DNA of 24,000 nucleotides from Ruania halotolerans (lineage in GTDB: Bacteria > Actinomycetota > Actinomycetes > Actinomycetales > Beutenbergiaceae): NCBI RefSeq assembly GCF_021049285.1, contig NZ_CP088017.1, forward strand, positions 1,289,380 to 1,313,379, read 5' to 3'. Position 1 is the first letter of the stretch. The number at the start of each line of letters is the position of its first letter. Below are positions 21,990-24,000 of this stretch, in pieces. Made by a program: the position numbers and the translations under genes. The notes under the pieces were generated by a model that was not told the DNA's origin, did no database searches, and saw only the letters and a program-made list of their open reading frames with translations.

Positions 21990-24000
21990 GTGCCTGCAAT
22001 CCTCGACAAGATCCTGCGGATGGGCGAGGGCAAGATCCTCAAGAAGCTGCAGGGCCTCACCGCCCAGGTCAACGCGCTCGAAGACTCGGTGACTGATCTC
22101 ACCGACGAGGAGTTGCGCGCAGAGACCGAGGCCTTCAAGGAGCGCGTGGCTGACGGCGAGTCCCTCGACTCGTTGCTCCCTGAGGCGTTCGCCGTGGTGC
22201 GTGAAGCCGCGGTCCGCACGCTCGGCCAGCGGCACTTCGATGTCCAGATCATGGGCGGCGCCGCCCTGCACCTGGGCAACATCGCCGAGATGAAGACCGG
22301 TGAAGGCAAGACGTTGGTGGCCACGCTGCCCGCGTACCTGAACGCGCTCAGCGGCAAGGGCGTGCACATCGTCACCGTGAACGATTACCTCGCCAAGTAC
22401 CAGAGTGAGCTGATGGGGCGCGTGTTCCGGTTCCTCGGGCTGACCACGGGGGTGATCCTGTCCGGGCAGAAGCCTGATGAACGGCGCGAGATGTACGCCG
22501 CGGACATCACCTACGGCACGAACAACGAGTTCGGCTTCGACTTCCTCCGCGACAATATGGCCTGGTCCACGAGCGAACTGGTCCAGCGCGGGCACAACAT
22601 GGCGATTGTGGACGAGGTGGACTCGATCCTCATCGACGAGGCCCGCACTCCGCTGATCATCTCCGGCCCGTCCTCGGGCGATGTGAACAAGTGGTACGTG
22701 GAGTTCGCACGGATTGTGCGCACGATGTCCGCCGAGACCGACTACGAAGTCGACGAGAAGAAGCGCACCATCGGCATCCTCGAACCGGGTATCGAGAAGG
22801 TCGAGGATCACCTCGGCATCGACAACCTCTACGAGTCGCTGAACACGCCGCTGATCGGCTTCCTGAACAACGCCGTCAAGGCCAAGGAACTGTTCTCCCG
22901 GGACAAGGACTACGTGGTGATGAACGGTGAGCTACTCATCGTCGATCAGCACACCGGCCGTATCTTGCCGGGCCGCCGATTCAACGAGGGAATGCACCAG
23001 GCACTCGAGGCGAAGGAAGGGGTGACGATCAAGGCGGAGAACCAGACGCTGGCCACGATCACCCTGCAGAACTACTTCCGCCGCTACGCCACCCTTTCCG
23101 GGATGACCGGGACGGCCATGACCGAGGCCGCGGAGTTCCAGGGCACCTATGAGGTGGGCGTGGTGCCGATCCCGCCGAACCGGCCGATGGCCCGGATCGA
23201 CCAGTCGGACTTCGTGTACAAGTCCGAGCTGGCCAAGTTCGAGGCGGTCGTCGAGGACATCGTCGAGCGGCACGCGGCGGGGCAGCCGGTGCTCGTGGGA
23301 ACCACGAGTGTGGAGAAGTCTGAGCTGCTCTCGAAGATGCTGAAGAAGAAGCGGGTCCCGCACGAGGTGCTGAACGCGAAGCAGCACGACCGTGAGGCAT
23401 CCATCGTGGCGATGGCTGGGCGCAAGGGAGCTGTCACGGTCGCCACGAACATGGCCGGTCGCGGTACCGACATCATGCTCGGCGGTAACGCTGAGCACCT
23501 CGCCATCGAGGCGCTCGCGAAGCAGGGCCTGGACGCCCGCGATTCGCCTGAGGAGTACGAGGACGCGTGGCCGGCGGCCCTGGAGAAGGCGCAGGCCTCG
23601 GTGGCGGCAGAGCACGATGAGGTCACCGAACTCGGCGGGCTCTACGTCCTCGGTACCGAACGGCACGAATCGCGCCGGATCGACAACCAGCTGCGCGGCC
23701 GGTCGGGGCGGCAGGGTGACCCGGGGGAGTCCCGGTTCTACCTCTCCCTCGAGGACGACCTGATGCGCATGTTCAACTCCGCGATGGCGGAGCGGTTCAT
23801 GGGTTCATCCTTTCCTGATGATGTGCCACTCGAGTCGAAGCTGGTCAGCCGCGGCATCGAAAGCGCCCAAGGTCAGGTGGAGCGGCGCAACCAGGAGATT
23901 CGCAAGAACGTCCTCAAGTACGACGATGTCCTCTCCCGCCAGCGTGAGGTGGTCTACAGCACGCGGCACGAGCTCCTCAAGGGCGGTGACCTACACGAAC
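21990..24000 (+). CDS. secA: preprotein translocase ATPase SecA (N-terminal ~670 codons; continues beyond the window)
   Basis: Hand translation from GTG 21990 (GGGAG SD 5 nt upstream) gives [20 protein letters not shown]...[33 protein letters not shown]...[21 protein letters not shown]...[14 protein letters not shown]...[45 protein letters not shown]. The frame is open to the window end. It is absent from the ORF track only because no stop lies in the window. Confidence 0.97.
   Translation, partial: MPAILDKILRMGEGKILKKLQGLTAQVNALEDSVTDLTDEELRAETEAFKERVADGESLDSLLPEAFAVVREAAVRTLGQRHFDVQIMGGAALHLGNIAEMKTGEGKTLVATLPAYLNALSGKGVHIVTVNDYLAKYQSELMGRVFRFLGLTTGVILSGQKPDERREMYAADITYGTNNEFGFDFLRDNMAWSTSELVQRGHNMAIVDEVDSILIDEARTPLIISGPSSGDVNKWYVEFARIVRTMSAETDYEVDEKKRTIGILEPGIEKVEDHLGIDNLYESLNTPLIGFLNNAVKAKELFSRDKDYVVMNGELLIVDQHTGRILPGRRFNEGMHQALEAKEGVTIKAENQTLATITLQNYFRRYATLSGMTGTAMTEAAEFQGTYEVGVVPIPPNRPMARIDQSDFVYKSELAKFEAVVEDIVERHAAGQPVLVGTTSVEKSELLSKMLKKKRVPHEVLNAKQHDREASIVAMAGRKGAVTVATNMAGRGTDIMLGGNAEHLAIEALAKQGLDARDSPEEYEDAWPAALEKAQASVAAEHDEVTELGGLYVLGTERHESRRIDNQLRGRSGRQGDPGESRFYLSLEDDLMRMFNSAMAERFMGSSFPDDVPLESKLVSRGIESAQGQVERRNQEIRKNVLKYDDVLSRQREVVYSTRHELLKGGDLHE

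Noticed and set aside
21863-22096. 77-aa plus-strand ORF overlapping the secA start, considered as a secM-like leader peptide
   Set aside because: It has no SD, an Arg/Pro-rich shadow composition, and it overlaps about 100 nt of secA out of frame. No arrest-peptide-like motif was recognisable.
21643-23666. Minus-strand ORFs 21643..21999, 21656..22375, 21927..22811 and 22932..23666
   Set aside because: Most of this span is antisense to secA, which I translated by hand and which is open and motif-complete from 21990 to the window end. The 5' parts that overlap the secA upstream region and the end of the SDR gene have no independent support.
1-24000. Whole-window scan for CRISPR arrays, rRNA/tRNA genes, IS elements, integrases, toxin-antitoxin pairs and known defence genes
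   Set aside because: I saw no regularly spaced repeats, no transposase or integrase-like ORFs and no structured-RNA gene signatures. All ORFs over 300 nt that are not assigned above are explained as shadow frames of the annotated genes.

Overview
This is a high-GC (roughly 70%) actinobacterial chromosomal window. All family calls come from reading the translated ORFs against remembered family signatures; no searches were run.

Gene map:
- Minus strand, 6241 down to 601: a tightly coupled five-gene operon of a Pro/Gly-rich polytopic membrane protein, DUF4129, DUF4350, a MoxR AAA+ ATPase and DUF58. A small membrane protein and the 5' end of a secreted protein follow, joined by a GTGA overlap.
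- Plus strand, 6330 to 12205, divergent from that operon: the conserved actinobacterial block mtrA, mtrB, lpqB, a comF-like gene and hpf.
- secA starts at 21990 (GTG) and runs off the window end. It is missing from the ORF track because it has no stop in the window.
- About 9.8 kb lies between hpf and secA, which are close neighbours in many actinobacteria. It holds a YcaQ/AlkZ-like DNA glycosylase, a 762-aa secreted tandem beta-propeller protein, a 408-aa atypical HTH regulator, a CUT1-type sugar ABC importer (lipoprotein SBP plus two permeases, no ATPase) and a 280-aa SDR epimerase-like enzyme.

Main finding: an identical 12-nt dyad, CGGTCCCGACCG, sits in AT-rich patches next to TTGACA boxes at exactly two places. 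One is directly after the -10 of the beta-propeller gene promoter (13704..13715). The other is inside the shared spacer of two interdigitated divergent promoters between the ABC operon and the SDR gene (20863..20874). This points to one repressor-controlled regulon tying together a secreted propeller of unknown function, an importer and an SDR enzyme, with no recognisable glycoside hydrolase. The 408-aa regulator encoded in the middle is the obvious candidate.

No tRNA, rRNA, CRISPR array, transposase or integrase was seen.
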